Below are positions 41,474-50,766 of a stretch of 52,966 nt of DNA, one piece after another; the first letter of the stretch is position 1, and the number at the start of each line of letters is the position of its first letter. The stretch spans positions 1 to 52,966 of the forward strand of contig CAWEXU010000019.1 of NCBI GenBank assembly GCA_963813075.1. The letters run 5' to 3'. Under the pieces are notes generated by a model. The model was not told where the DNA came from and did no database searches. It saw only the letters and a program-made list of their open reading frames with translations. The DNA is from Methanotrichaceae archaeon. GTDB lineage: Archaea; Halobacteriota; Methanosarcinia; Methanotrichales; Methanotrichaceae. The position numbers and the translations under genes are program-made.

Positions 41474-42376
41474 TTATATCTCCATCTGCCCCTTTACATA
41501 GAGGTCCTCTGCCACCAGCTTCAGCCTCTCCCCTTTCACCTCTCCGCCGTAGTCGGGCAGGATGATGATCTTCTTATTCTGGTAGCGATTCATGATATCC
41601 TGGATGTAGGAGGTCTGAGAATTCATCTTCTCCTGGCAGAACTGGCAGGGGCATTCTCCGATCACATGGTTGATGACTATGGCGGAGACGTTCACTCCGT
41701 GCGACTCCACGGTCTCGATCAGCCGTCTGCTCTCCTCCACTGCCGCCTTCTCCGGGATGGTCACAACGGTGATGCTCGCTGTCTTGGGATCGGTCAGCGC
41801 ATTTCTCATGGTCTCCGCCTTCAGCCGCATCGCTCTCACCTCCTTGAGTATGGAATCCCCGAATCCCGATTCCAGCATATTGAGGACCCCAATCCATTTG
41901 CTTCTGATTCCCAGCACCCTGGTGACAAATCCGGTGGTGATGGATGGCAGCTGGAGTAGAGGCAGGACCATGGCGGTGGGTGCAGAGTCTATGACCACCA
42001 GGTCGTACTTGTTCTGGACGAAGATGTCATTGAGCTTGTCCATGAATATCAGCTCGGAGATGCCAGGCATACTGGCGAAGTCCTCCGGCCTTACCTCTAC
42101 CTCGAAGAGGCCGAAGAGCGCAGTGATCATATTCTTATATCTGCGAAAGAAGCTGCGCGACTCCTCGGCAAGGTCCGGCTCATATGCAAATAGATGCTCT
42201 TTGATCTTATTGGGCTGGCTTCCCAGATTTATATCAAAAATATCGGAGAGAGAGTGGGCGGGGTCCATGGAGAAGACCAGGGTCTCTGAGCCCTTTTCTG
42301 AGGCCCAGATGCCTGTCGCTGCAGAACATACGCTCTTTCCCACGCCTCCCTTGCCTGCTACATAAATGAGCTTCAT
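41474..42376 (-). CDS. ArsA/Get3(TRC40)-family ATPase, single domain
   Basis: GKGGVGKS, SMDPAHSLSD, PG.SE, DSAPT, C-terminal CPCQFC. Confidence 0.88.
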   Translation of the reverse strand: MKLIYVAGKGGVGKSVCSAATGIWASEKGSETLVFSMDPAHSLSDIFDINLGSQPNKIKEHLFAYEPDLAEESRSFFRRYKNMITALFGLFEVEVRPEDFASMPGISELIFMDKLNDIFVQNKYDLVVIDSAPTAMVLPLLQLPSITTGFVTRVLGIRSKWIGVLNMLESGFGDSILKEVRAMRLKAETMRNALTDPKTASITVVTIPEKAAVEESRRLIETVESHGVNVSAIVINHVIGECPCQFCQEKMNSQTSYIQDIMNRYQNKKIIILPDYGGEVKGERLKLVAEDLYVKGQMEI

Positions 42377-42502
42377 GGCACCTACTGATCGAGAGGGAAT
42401 TTAATAGTTTGGGAGGGTCGGGGGCTTTTTGGTTTGTCAATAAAAAGGTTTTTCTACTTACAGGACATTTTAACAGAACTAATTATAAAAGGGGGCGAAA
42501 GG

Positions 42503-42922
42503 ATGAGTAAGCAGCTAGTATTAGCCATGATGTTCATCCTGTGCATTAACTGGGTACAGGGTGCGAGCGATGAGGGTATGGCGAGCCTGGACATCGTCGG
42601 AAGCAATGTGAATAACACCACTTTCATATCGCCTGAAGGCGTTCCTGTGGTAGTGGATATCGTAGGGAGCACTGCCCGCAATATCCAGGTGGTCGCTCCT
42701 GAAGGTATTGCGCAATCCCAGTGCCGAAATTGTTATGAATGCGGCACATGCGGGGAACTGAAGATCTACACCACGCCCTGGGACGACTTCCGACGGCCTT
42801 TATGCTATCCCTGGAGTTCTTATATTCCCACCCGCTACAACAAGCCCATGATCGACTGGAATCGAGGGACCATGTCACAGGGGGCAGTCTCTTTAGGCCA
42901 GGGAATGGGAGTCTCGAACTGA
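42503..42922 (+). CDS. Small secreted Cys-rich protein (paralog 1)
   Basis: Signal peptide, two DIVGS repeats, CRNCYECGTC. Confidence 0.7.
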   Translation: MSKQLVLAMMFILCINWVQGASDEGMASLDIVGSNVNNTTFISPEGVPVVVDIVGSTARNIQVVAPEGIAQSQCRNCYECGTCGELKIYTTPWDDFRRPLCYPWSSYIPTRYNKPMIDWNRGTMSQGAVSLGQGMGVSN

Positions 42923-43036
42923 AAACGAAAACGTTTGGAAAAGCCTATCTGGCCGGCAAGGGCGAGCTTTCTCCAGCCAGCCGAAAGACTTTTCTACTTT
43001 CAGTATATATAAAACACACGTTAAATATTAGGTCCA

Positions 43037-43462
43037 ATGGAGGGGAATGAGTTGAGGTATTCTATATTGGCAGCAATGCTGATTCTGATGGCGTCCAGTG
43101 CAGTGGCTCTTGGCAGCCCAGGGTCGGTGGTTGTGGATATCGTGGGGAGCGATGTGGAGGATACGATGGTTGTGGCCGGTGGCCGGGAAGATATCGACCT
43201 GGAGATAATCGGAAGCACAGCGAAAAACACCACCGTCTCGCCTTATATGGAGATGATAAGGTTCTGTCCAACATGTCCGCAGTGTCCGATATGTCCCACA
43301 CCGATATGCCCCACATGCCCGACCTGTCCGGCTTATCCCTGCCCGAACGAAGAGCAGGTTAAGCCAATTCCCTGGAATAATATGCATATGGGAGTCGATG
43401 CCTGGTACGGAGCTTTCTGGTATAAGGACTATCCCAATCTGCCCAAATGGCCGCAGATTTAA
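43037..43462 (+). CDS. Small secreted Cys/Pro-rich protein (paralog 2)
   Basis: Signal peptide, DIVGS/EIIGS repeats, CPTCPQCPICPTPICPTCPTCPAYPCP; TATA-like TATATATAAAA upstream. Confidence 0.75.
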   Translation: MEGNELRYSILAAMLILMASSAVALGSPGSVVVDIVGSDVEDTMVVAGGREDIDLEIIGSTAKNTTVSPYMEMIRFCPTCPQCPICPTPICPTCPTCPAYPCPNEEQVKPIPWNNMHMGVDAWYGAFWYKDYPNLPKWPQI

Positions 43463-43689
43463 ACAGGTTGAGTAAGCCATCAGACTGGTGAGCTGCCCGG
43501 AGCCATCTCACAAAAGAAGGCTCAGGATTTGGCGAAGGGGCCCAGAGGGCAAAGGATCCTGAGCCGAGGATACTGGTCTAGCATAGCTTTTGTTAAAAAA
43601 CCAAAGACCTCTGGCCGATGTTCATCTTAAGATAAACCTCATCCATCCCACAAGTTAAATACCTGCAGCCAGGAATCCTGAATGAATCC

Positions 43690-45609
43690 ATGCTAGACCG
43701 CAAAAGATCATTCTCTCCTGGAACAAGCGAGCTGTTCTGGTGCAAGAACTGCAACCTGCCTCTTTTATCGGAGCATTGCTCCATATGCCACGGCAACGGC
43801 ATAAAAGTCCCTCTCTCACCTCCTGGCGACATCCGCCTCTGCTCTCGCCGGGGAAAGGAATTGCTAAAAGAGCTCTTCGGACAAAACTGGGGTGCGGCAG
43901 AATTCCTGGACGATGGGCTGATCCTGCTCAATAAGATCGCCGGAATGGATCGGAGGGACCAGGTGATACTGGATGGCCACCATATTGCCACCCTGTGGTT
44001 TGATATCACCTCATCCCGGCACCGGCTGGACCTGGAGATTGCGGGCGCTGCCCTGCTTAAAGATAGGGCGACAAAGAACCTGATCGTATGCCATGACTCC
44101 CTCCTGAAGGGCCACATAAAGGGCAAGTGGCTGGCCACAGATCAGGTGATCTGCCAGCCACCGGAGACCGAAGAGGGAGACAGCCTCATCTTGAAGATAG
44201 GAAAGTTCTCCGGAGTGGGCATCCTTCGCCGTAGAAATGGCGGCCAGGCTATCAGGATCAAGGACATCACCCAGAGGGACATTATCTTGCATAAGAGCCC
44301 CACCAGTCTGGAGAACGTCATCCAGGCCAATGAAGAGCATCTGAAGCGTCTGGAAAGGGAGGCAATAGCCGAGATCAGGGATTACTTATCCAGAAATAGG
44401 CTCCCGGTGAACATATCATTCAGCGGCGGAAAAGATAGCCTCGCTTCTCTTATCCTGGCCCGAAAATTGCTTTTCAGAATCCAGGTGCTGTTCATCAATA
44501 CGGGCCTCGAGTTTCCCGAGACGGTAGAGTATGTGCGAGACCTCTGCTCGAGCCATAAGCTCAACCTGCAGGAGATCAAAGGGGATTGCGACTTTTTCGA
44601 GCAGGTGAAGAGCTTCGGCCCACCGGCCAAGGACTATCGCTGGTGCTGCAAGACCAATAAGCTCGGGCCCATGACCGCCTTTCTGGCCAGGCAGTATCCC
44701 AGAGGCTGCGTGACCATTGAGGGGCGGCGGATCTACGAGTCCTTCAACCGCTCCACCATAAAGGCGGTGGAGAAGAACCCTTACGTTCCCGGCCAGACCA
44801 TGCTCTCCCCCATCCGCAACTGGAGGGCACTGGAGGTCATGCTCTACATCCACTGGAATAAAGAGGTGCCCAACCCCCTTTATGAGGAGGACTATGAACG
44901 GATAGGCTGCTGGCTCTGTCCGGCATCGCTGCAGTCTGAGTTCTCCCGGCTGAAGGAGAGCCATCCCGATCTATACCGCCGGTGGAACTCCTGCCTCGAT
45001 GACTGGAGAGAGAAGAACGGTCTGGACAGAAGATACATCGATTGGGGCTTCTGGCGCTGGAGGAGGCATCCGGCCAAGATGATGGAGATTGCAGCATCTC
45101 ACGATATCGGCCTGGCGGCCCGAGGGGGGACGAAAAAAAAGATCGCCCTTCAGGCAGTGAGGGGCAGGTCGCCCTGTGGCCTGGAGTACTCCGTCGAGGC
45201 GGCACTGTCATCCCCCCAGAATCATCCATTCTCCAATGTGGCCAATGCCCTCTGCATGATCGGAGAGGTGAAATACGAGGAGGATATGGGGGCAGCGCTG
45301 CTGAAGACGGATAAGGGGAGGGCCACGGTCTTTGCCAATGGCCATATCATGATCATCGCCGGAAAAGAGGAGGCAAATGAGCTCTTGCAGAAGGTGGTCG
45401 AGGTCATACTCCGGGTACAGTTGTGCACGAAATGCGGGATATGCATCAAAAACTGCAGCCAGGGGGCGATCACCGTTCAAGACACCCTTATTGTGGACCA
45501 GCACCGCTGTAATCGCTGCGGGAAATGCGGCCGGGGATGTATAGCCCTGGACGAGGCGAGAAAGATCTGGAAGAGGCTGCAGATGCAAGCAGAGGGTGCT
45601 TCTAGGTGA
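43690..45609 (+). CDS. PAPS/APS reductase-family protein with N-terminal Zn ribbon and C-terminal 4Fe-4S ferredoxin domain
   Basis: WCKNCNLP..C..C, SFSGGKDS, NTGLEFPET, RWCCK..K, RIGCWLCP, two CxxCxxCxxxC. Confidence 0.88.
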   Translation: MLDRKRSFSPGTSELFWCKNCNLPLLSEHCSICHGNGIKVPLSPPGDIRLCSRRGKELLKELFGQNWGAAEFLDDGLILLNKIAGMDRRDQVILDGHHIATLWFDITSSRHRLDLEIAGAALLKDRATKNLIVCHDSLLKGHIKGKWLATDQVICQPPETEEGDSLILKIGKFSGVGILRRRNGGQAIRIKDITQRDIILHKSPTSLENVIQANEEHLKRLEREAIAEIRDYLSRNRLPVNISFSGGKDSLASLILARKLLFRIQVLFINTGLEFPETVEYVRDLCSSHKLNLQEIKGDCDFFEQVKSFGPPAKDYRWCCKTNKLGPMTAFLARQYPRGCVTIEGRRIYESFNRSTIKAVEKNPYVPGQTMLSPIRNWRALEVMLYIHWNKEVPNPLYEEDYERIGCWLCPASLQSEFSRLKESHPDLYRRWNSCLDDWREKNGLDRRYIDWGFWRWRRHPAKMMEIAASHDIGLAARGGTKKKIALQAVRGRSPCGLEYSVEAALSSPQNHPFSNVANALCMIGEVKYEEDMGAALLKTDKGRATVFANGHIMIIAGKEEANELLQKVVEVILRVQLCTKCGICIKNCSQGAITVQDTLIVDQHRCNRCGKCGRGCIALDEARKIWKRLQMQAEGASR

Positions 45610-45688
45610 GAGTTCAATTAAAGGGCTTTTTCTGCCAGTAGATTTAAATATTCGATTAATATCAGCAATATTACACTGAGGAATCAGA

Positions 45689-45883
45689 ATGGTAACCGGA
45701 ACAGTAAAATTCTTCAATAGAACCAAGAGATTTGGATTCATTGCAGGCGACGACGGAAAGGATTATTTTGTTCATGCAACCGGCCTCATGCCGGATGTCA
45801 CTATCGATGAGGGTGACAAGGTCAGCTTCGAGGTAGTTGAGGGCGAGAAAGGCCCCAAAGCAGACAGTGTCACAAAAGAGTAA
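45689..45883 (+). CDS. cspA: Cold-shock domain protein
   Basis: GTVKFFN..K.FGFI (RNP1), D.FVH (RNP2), KGP.A; TTTAAATA upstream. Confidence 0.92.
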   Translation: MVTGTVKFFNRTKRFGFIAGDDGKDYFVHATGLMPDVTIDEGDKVSFEVVEGEKGPKADSVTKE

Positions 45884-46008
45884 TCCAAAATTATCGCGCA
45901 CATCTCATAAAAGCACAGTTTTACTTGGGTTGGGAGACCGGCCCAGATTTCCCTTTCTCCAGTTATGATTTGCATGAAGCATAGCCTATTTGATCCACGC
46001 CCTCCTGG

Positions 46009-48166
46009 ATGGAGCCTGATATGCTCGATCGGCACATAGAACGGATAGCCTCGCAGCTCTCGCTCGACCGGAGGGCGGTCAGGGCGGTCGCAGAGCTTCT
46101 TGATGGCGGCGCAACACTGCCCTTCATCGCCCGATACCGGAAGGAGGCCACCGGAGATCTGGATGAGGTGGCCATAGGCAAGATCCGCGACAGCCTGAAC
46201 CGCTCCAGGCTGATGGATGAAAGAAAAACGGCCATCATTCGCTCTTTGGCCAGGCAGGGCCAGCTGACGGCAGAGATCGAGGAGAGGCTATCGAAGGCTC
46301 TAAGCCTGGCGGAGCTGGAGGACATCTATCTGCCCTTCAAGCCCAGGAGGCGAACCCGGGCCATGATAGCGAAAGAGCGCGGCCTGGAGCCCCTGGCATG
46401 GATCATCTTCGCTCAGGATGAGAGAGACCGCGATCCGGAAGAGGAGGCTGCCCTCTATATCGATCCCGAGAAAGGGGTATCATCGGCCTATGAGGCACTG
46501 CAAGGGGCTAAGGACATCATCGCCGAATGGATCAGCGAGGATATCAGGGCTCGATCTGAATTGAGGTCCCTCTTCTGGTCCGAGGGCGTCCTGCAGAGCC
46601 GGGCGAAGGCCGGGGATGCTCATCCGGAGGAGGGCAAGTTCAGAGATTATCTGGAGCTTTCCGAGCCCATCGCCCGCATGAGCTCCCACCGTCTGCTGGC
46701 TGCCCTCCGAGGGGCTAAGAGAGGGGTGTTTTCCCTGCACCTGGCGGTGAATGAAGATGATGCCCTGGCGGTCTTGGAGGAGATATTCATTAAGGGGGAC
46801 GGCCCCGCCTCCGCCCTGGTCATGGCTGCCGCACGGGACTCTTTTCGCAGGCTGCTAGCACCATCTCTCGAGACGGAGACGGTATCCATAGCCCGCCAGC
46901 GGGCGGAGGAGAAGGCGATAGAGATCTTTGCCGATAACCTCCGCCAGCTTCTCTTAGAGCCGCCCCTGGGCAGAAAGAGCGTCCTGGCGGTGGACCCGGG
47001 ATTTCGCACCGGCTGCAAGCTGGTGGTGCTCGACCCCCTGGGCCGGCTGATCAAAAGCGATGTGATCTACCCTCATGAGCCCCATAATAAGACAAAAGAG
47101 GCAGGGGCGAAGGTGGCCGGGATCTGCCAGGAATACGATGTGGAGGTGATAGCAGTGGGCAACGGCACTGCAGGCAGGGAGACGGAATCGTTCCTGCGAA
47201 GGCTCAACTTGCCCCGGAGCATATCGATAGTTCCTGTCAATGAGTCGGGAGCCTCGGTCTATTCCACCTCTCTAAGAGCGCGGAGCGAGTTTCCGGACCA
47301 GGATGCCACGGTCCGTGGTGCTGTATCCATAGGCAGGAGGCTGCAGGACCCTCTGGCGGAATTGGTCAAGATCGAGCCCCAGGCTATTGGTGTCGGCCAG
47401 TACCAGCATGACGTGGACCCCTCAAGCCTGGGCCGCTCTTTGGAAGACGTGGTGGCGGCCTGCGTGAATCAGGTGGGGGTGGATGTCAATGCCGCGAGCA
47501 CAGAGCTATTAGCTCGCGTCTCCGGCCTGGGGCCGAAGCTGGCAGAGGCGGTGGTGCGATACAGAAATGAGCACGGACCGTTCTGCTCCCGCCGGGATCT
47601 ACTAAAAGTCCCCCGCCTGGGGCCGAAGGCCTTCGAGCAGGCGGCGGGATTTCTGCGCATTCGCGATGGGGACAATCCGCTGGACAAAACAGCCGTCCAT
47701 CCTGAGAGATATCCGATTGTGGAGAGGATGGCCAGGGATCTGGGGGTCTCGGTCCGCGAGCTGATGGAGAACGAGAGGCTTCTTGCAGGGACTTAATCTG
47801 AAGGACTACATGAACCAGGAGGAGGGCATCGGTGCCTCCACCCTGCAGGATATAGTAAATGAGCTCTTCCGGCCGGGGAGAGATCCCCGCCAGGAGTACG
47901 AGGCCTTCAGCTTTGCTCCGGGGATAAAAGAGATCGGCGACCTAGAGGTGGGAATGAGCCTTCCCGGCATTGTGACCAACGTCACCTCCTTCGGAGCCTT
48001 CGTGGACGTGGGTGTGCATCAGGATGGCCTGGTGCACAAGAGCGAGCTTGCAAGCGGTTTTGTCCCGGTGCCTGGGGACGTGGTGAAGGTCAGGCAAAAG
48101 GTCATGGTCAAGGTGCTGGATGTTGATCTTGAGCGGAAGAGAATTGCGCTATCCATAAAGAGATGA
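46009..48166 (+). CDS. tex: Tex RNA-binding transcriptional accessory protein; +1 frameshift near 47789 separates the S1 domain
   Basis: ATLPFIARYRKEATG, DPGFRTGCK, GASVYS, RRLQDPLAELVKI, VHPE.Y; then GRDPR and S1 FGAFVDVGVHQDGLVH. Confidence 0.92.
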
Positions 48167-48186
48167 ACCGGATCCCTGTCCTGCGA

Positions 48187-48220
48187 CCTTAAGCTTTGAT
48201 CTTAAGCTTTGATCTTAAGC
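48187..48220. repeat. Short tandem repeat CTTAAGCTTTGAT (about 2.5 copies) between convergent genes
   Basis: Directly visible. Confidence 0.8.
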
Positions 48221-48237
48221 AGATCAGAGACTATCAG

Positions 48238-48777
48238 TCATTTTTTATCTTTTATCTCATCCATGAACTGGTTCCATCTCTTCGCTTCGCTGACTTTCCG
48301 ACGGATCAGCTCTTCTGTCATATCATCTGAACTGGACATATGCTCTTTCTTTTTAAGCAGGTCCTTTAATTCCAGGATCGCTCTTATTATGCCCGCAGCC
48401 TCATCATGGAGCTGTATGGCCTGCTTTGTGGTAAGCATTTCCTCTTTGAGAAGATCCTCTTCGATCCTCTCTTTTTTCTGAAGAATATCGATTAGCTCTT
48501 CAATCTGCAGCCGCTCATTCTCTGTGATCTCCAGCTCATTTATCAGCCTCCAGATAAGATGATGCAGCTCTATCCTTCCCTGGCTGGTATGGACTTCGGC
48601 TGGCATATCGCTATCTGTCTGATGGAACTTTTCATTCTCCATTCTCAATTGGCTCTTATCTATCAGCAGCTCTTCTGGTTCTTTTACGCCTACCCATACC
48701 AGAGCGTGATGGAGGCTGGCGACCAATTTATTGCGCTCTTCATCAGTCAGATAATCTTTAAGATCCGTCCTATTCAT
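48238..48777 (-). CDS. Conserved archaeal hypothetical helical protein (DUF5788-like)
   Basis: LT.EER.KL...LH..LVWVG...PE; RW..F near the C-terminus; start placed at MNRT. Confidence 0.6.
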   Translation of the reverse strand: MNRTDLKDYLTDEERNKLVASLHHALVWVGVKEPEELLIDKSQLRMENEKFHQTDSDMPAEVHTSQGRIELHHLIWRLINELEITENERLQIEELIDILQKKERIEEDLLKEEMLTTKQAIQLHDEAAGIIRAILELKDLLKKKEHMSSSDDMTEELIRRKVSEAKRWNQFMDEIKDKK

Positions 48778-48836
48778 GGTGTCTCTTCTCAAATTTCTCA
48801 TAAGCCTCGTGCTCAAATCTTTCGCTTGGATTATTT

Positions 48837-49486
48837 CTAAAATTGATTGAATCTGATCGAAAAGCTCCTCTGCTCGGGCCACCGGATCTTCTGCTCCCAT
48901 AGACCGACCTTCCCACAATCAGATAGTCCGCTCCCGCCTGCAGAGCCTCTCTGGCTGAGCCGCCCTGGGCTCCCACCCCAGGGGAGATGATGAGCCGGTC
49001 TCCAATTATCGAGCGGATCAGCCTTATCCTCTCCGGGCGGGTGGCGGGGGCTACGACGCCGCTGGCTCCTGCCTCCACTGCCAGCCGGGCCATCCTCTCC
49101 GCCAGAGGGGCCATGAACTGCTCTGCACCGGGGTGGCTCATCTCCGTGACCACAAACAGATCGGCAGCAAAGTCTCGTGCGCAATCGGCACAGGCGACCA
49201 GAGAGTCCTTTCCCGGAAAAGCCTGGGCGATTATGGCGTCGGCCCCCGCGCCCAGCACCGCTTCGCATATCAAGCGGTTGGTATTGGGAATATCGGCGAT
49301 CTTCAGGTCGGCGATGACCGGCAAGACTGAGCTGATCTCCTCTACTATCCCCAGGCCGGCATGGAGGATGAGGGGATAGCCGACCTTGATGGCATCGAAG
49401 TATTCGCCCAGCTTTTCGGTCAGCTCCAGGGCCCTATCCCGGGAAACGACGTCCAGCGCCAGGATTATGGAATTCTTTTTATTCAT
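48837..49486 (-). CDS. pyrF: Orotidine-5'-phosphate decarboxylase; +1 frameshift near 48897, end approximate
   Basis: [52 protein letters not shown]. Confidence 0.93.
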
Positions 49487-49536
49487 TTTTGATTCAGATC
49501 CGCCTGAATTATCATATTCTCTGGTATTTATTTCTT

Positions 49537-50766
49537 TCAGGGCCAGGCTAAGTCTTGCCTGATCCGGGGCCCAGGCGGCCTTCCAGTTCCTGGCTCCTCC
49601 ATTATCGCCATCACTGGCCGTGACAGGTCCTCCCCAGCATGATAGCCATAAAGGGCCTCCAGGTCCGATTGAATGGCATGCATGAACAGGGCATTGGGTA
49701 TGTCCATGGGGCACAGCTCCTCGCACTGGCCGCAGTTTATGCATGAGTCGGCCACATGAGCGTAGCGCAGCAGATGAAACCCGAATTCCGGCGGAACCCG
49801 TCCCGGAAAGGCGGTCATGTAGGGCTCGATGTTATTGAAGAGGGCGGGGCATACCTCCACGCAGGTATAGCATTTGATGCAGCGGCCTGTCTCCTCTATC
49901 ATCCTCTCCAATCGCTCCCGGCTGCTCTGCAATGGGGCAAAGTCGCGTTCCCTCCAGCTATCCGCCAGCCTCAGCACCGCCTCCTCCCTTCTCCCTCTGG
50001 CTTTGATGCAGGGGGCATCTGGAATATCCACCTCGATGGCCCCACCCCTATGAGCCCGGTCTATGAACTCCGCTCCCTTTTGGCTGCAGATCTCGATGAA
50101 TGTGGCCTCTCCCACCAGCTCCTCCCTTACTCCCCACTGCCCGCAGGCCAGATCGGCATTCCTGGGTATCTTGATCTTGCAGCGCCGGCAGTTGCTTCTT
50201 CTGCCGTATCCTGCCTCCTCTATTTTGGGAATGGACAGGTCCTTTTTCTGGCCGTCATACTGAATGTGGAGGTGGCCCTTGTACATCCCCTCTTTATTGA
50301 CCAAACGGGGGTCGACCATGAACAGTTCCGATATCAGCCTTCGGGTTACGGCGGGAGTGGTCGACCCTCCGCAGTTCAGTCCGATCATAAAGAGATTATC
50401 CAAATCCACCTGGCCCCTTTTGGCCTGCTCGTAGATCCCCATCACATCGCAGCCTTTGAGAGTTGCCGCTATCTTCAATCCCTTTGCCCCCTCCAGATAT
50501 TTGCCAAAATATTTAGAAAGGAGAAGTGTGCCCTCATAGACGGACCCGGAGGTTTCAGCCACCTCCTCTGGGTCAGTGATCAGAACCGGCCGGGCATCGA
50601 AGAAGTCCTTTCCTCTCCGGACACCCAGGACACAGTCCACCATACCCTCCTTTAGGGCGAACTTCAATAGAGCGGTTACCGCCCCGCCTGATTCGCCTCT
50701 CCTCTTGACCTCCGGATCGCTGGCCCGGGCATAGATCATATCCCCTTTTGCAGACACTCTCCTCAT
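49537..50766 (-). CDS. fdhB: F420-dependent formate dehydrogenase beta subunit (FrhB family plus ferredoxin)
   Basis: [59 protein letters not shown]. Confidence 0.9.
   Translation of the reverse strand: MRRVSAKGDMIYARASDPEVKRRGESGGAVTALLKFALKEGMVDCVLGVRRGKDFFDARPVLITDPEEVAETSGSVYEGTLLLSKYFGKYLEGAKGLKIAATLKGCDVMGIYEQAKRGQVDLDNLFMIGLNCGGSTTPAVTRRLISELFMVDPRLVNKEGMYKGHLHIQYDGQKKDLSIPKIEEAGYGRRSNCRRCKIKIPRNADLACGQWGVREELVGEATFIEICSQKGAEFIDRAHRGGAIEVDIPDAPCIKARGRREEAVLRLADSWRERDFAPLQSSRERLERMIEETGRCIKCYTCVEVCPALFNNIEPYMTAFPGRVPPEFGFHLLRYAHVADSCINCGQCEELCPMDIPNALFMHAIQSDLEALYGYHAGEDLSRPVMAIMEEPGTGRPPGPRIRQDLAWP

Noticed and set aside
42503..43462. Multiheme cytochromes or ferredoxins
   Set aside because: No CxxCH and no CxxCxxCxxxCP ferredoxin spacing
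48238..49486. PyrF fused to the downstream helical protein
   Set aside because: The corrected PyrF tail is in frame with it, but removing one T near 48840 gives a normal TAG stop, consistent with the insertion-error pattern
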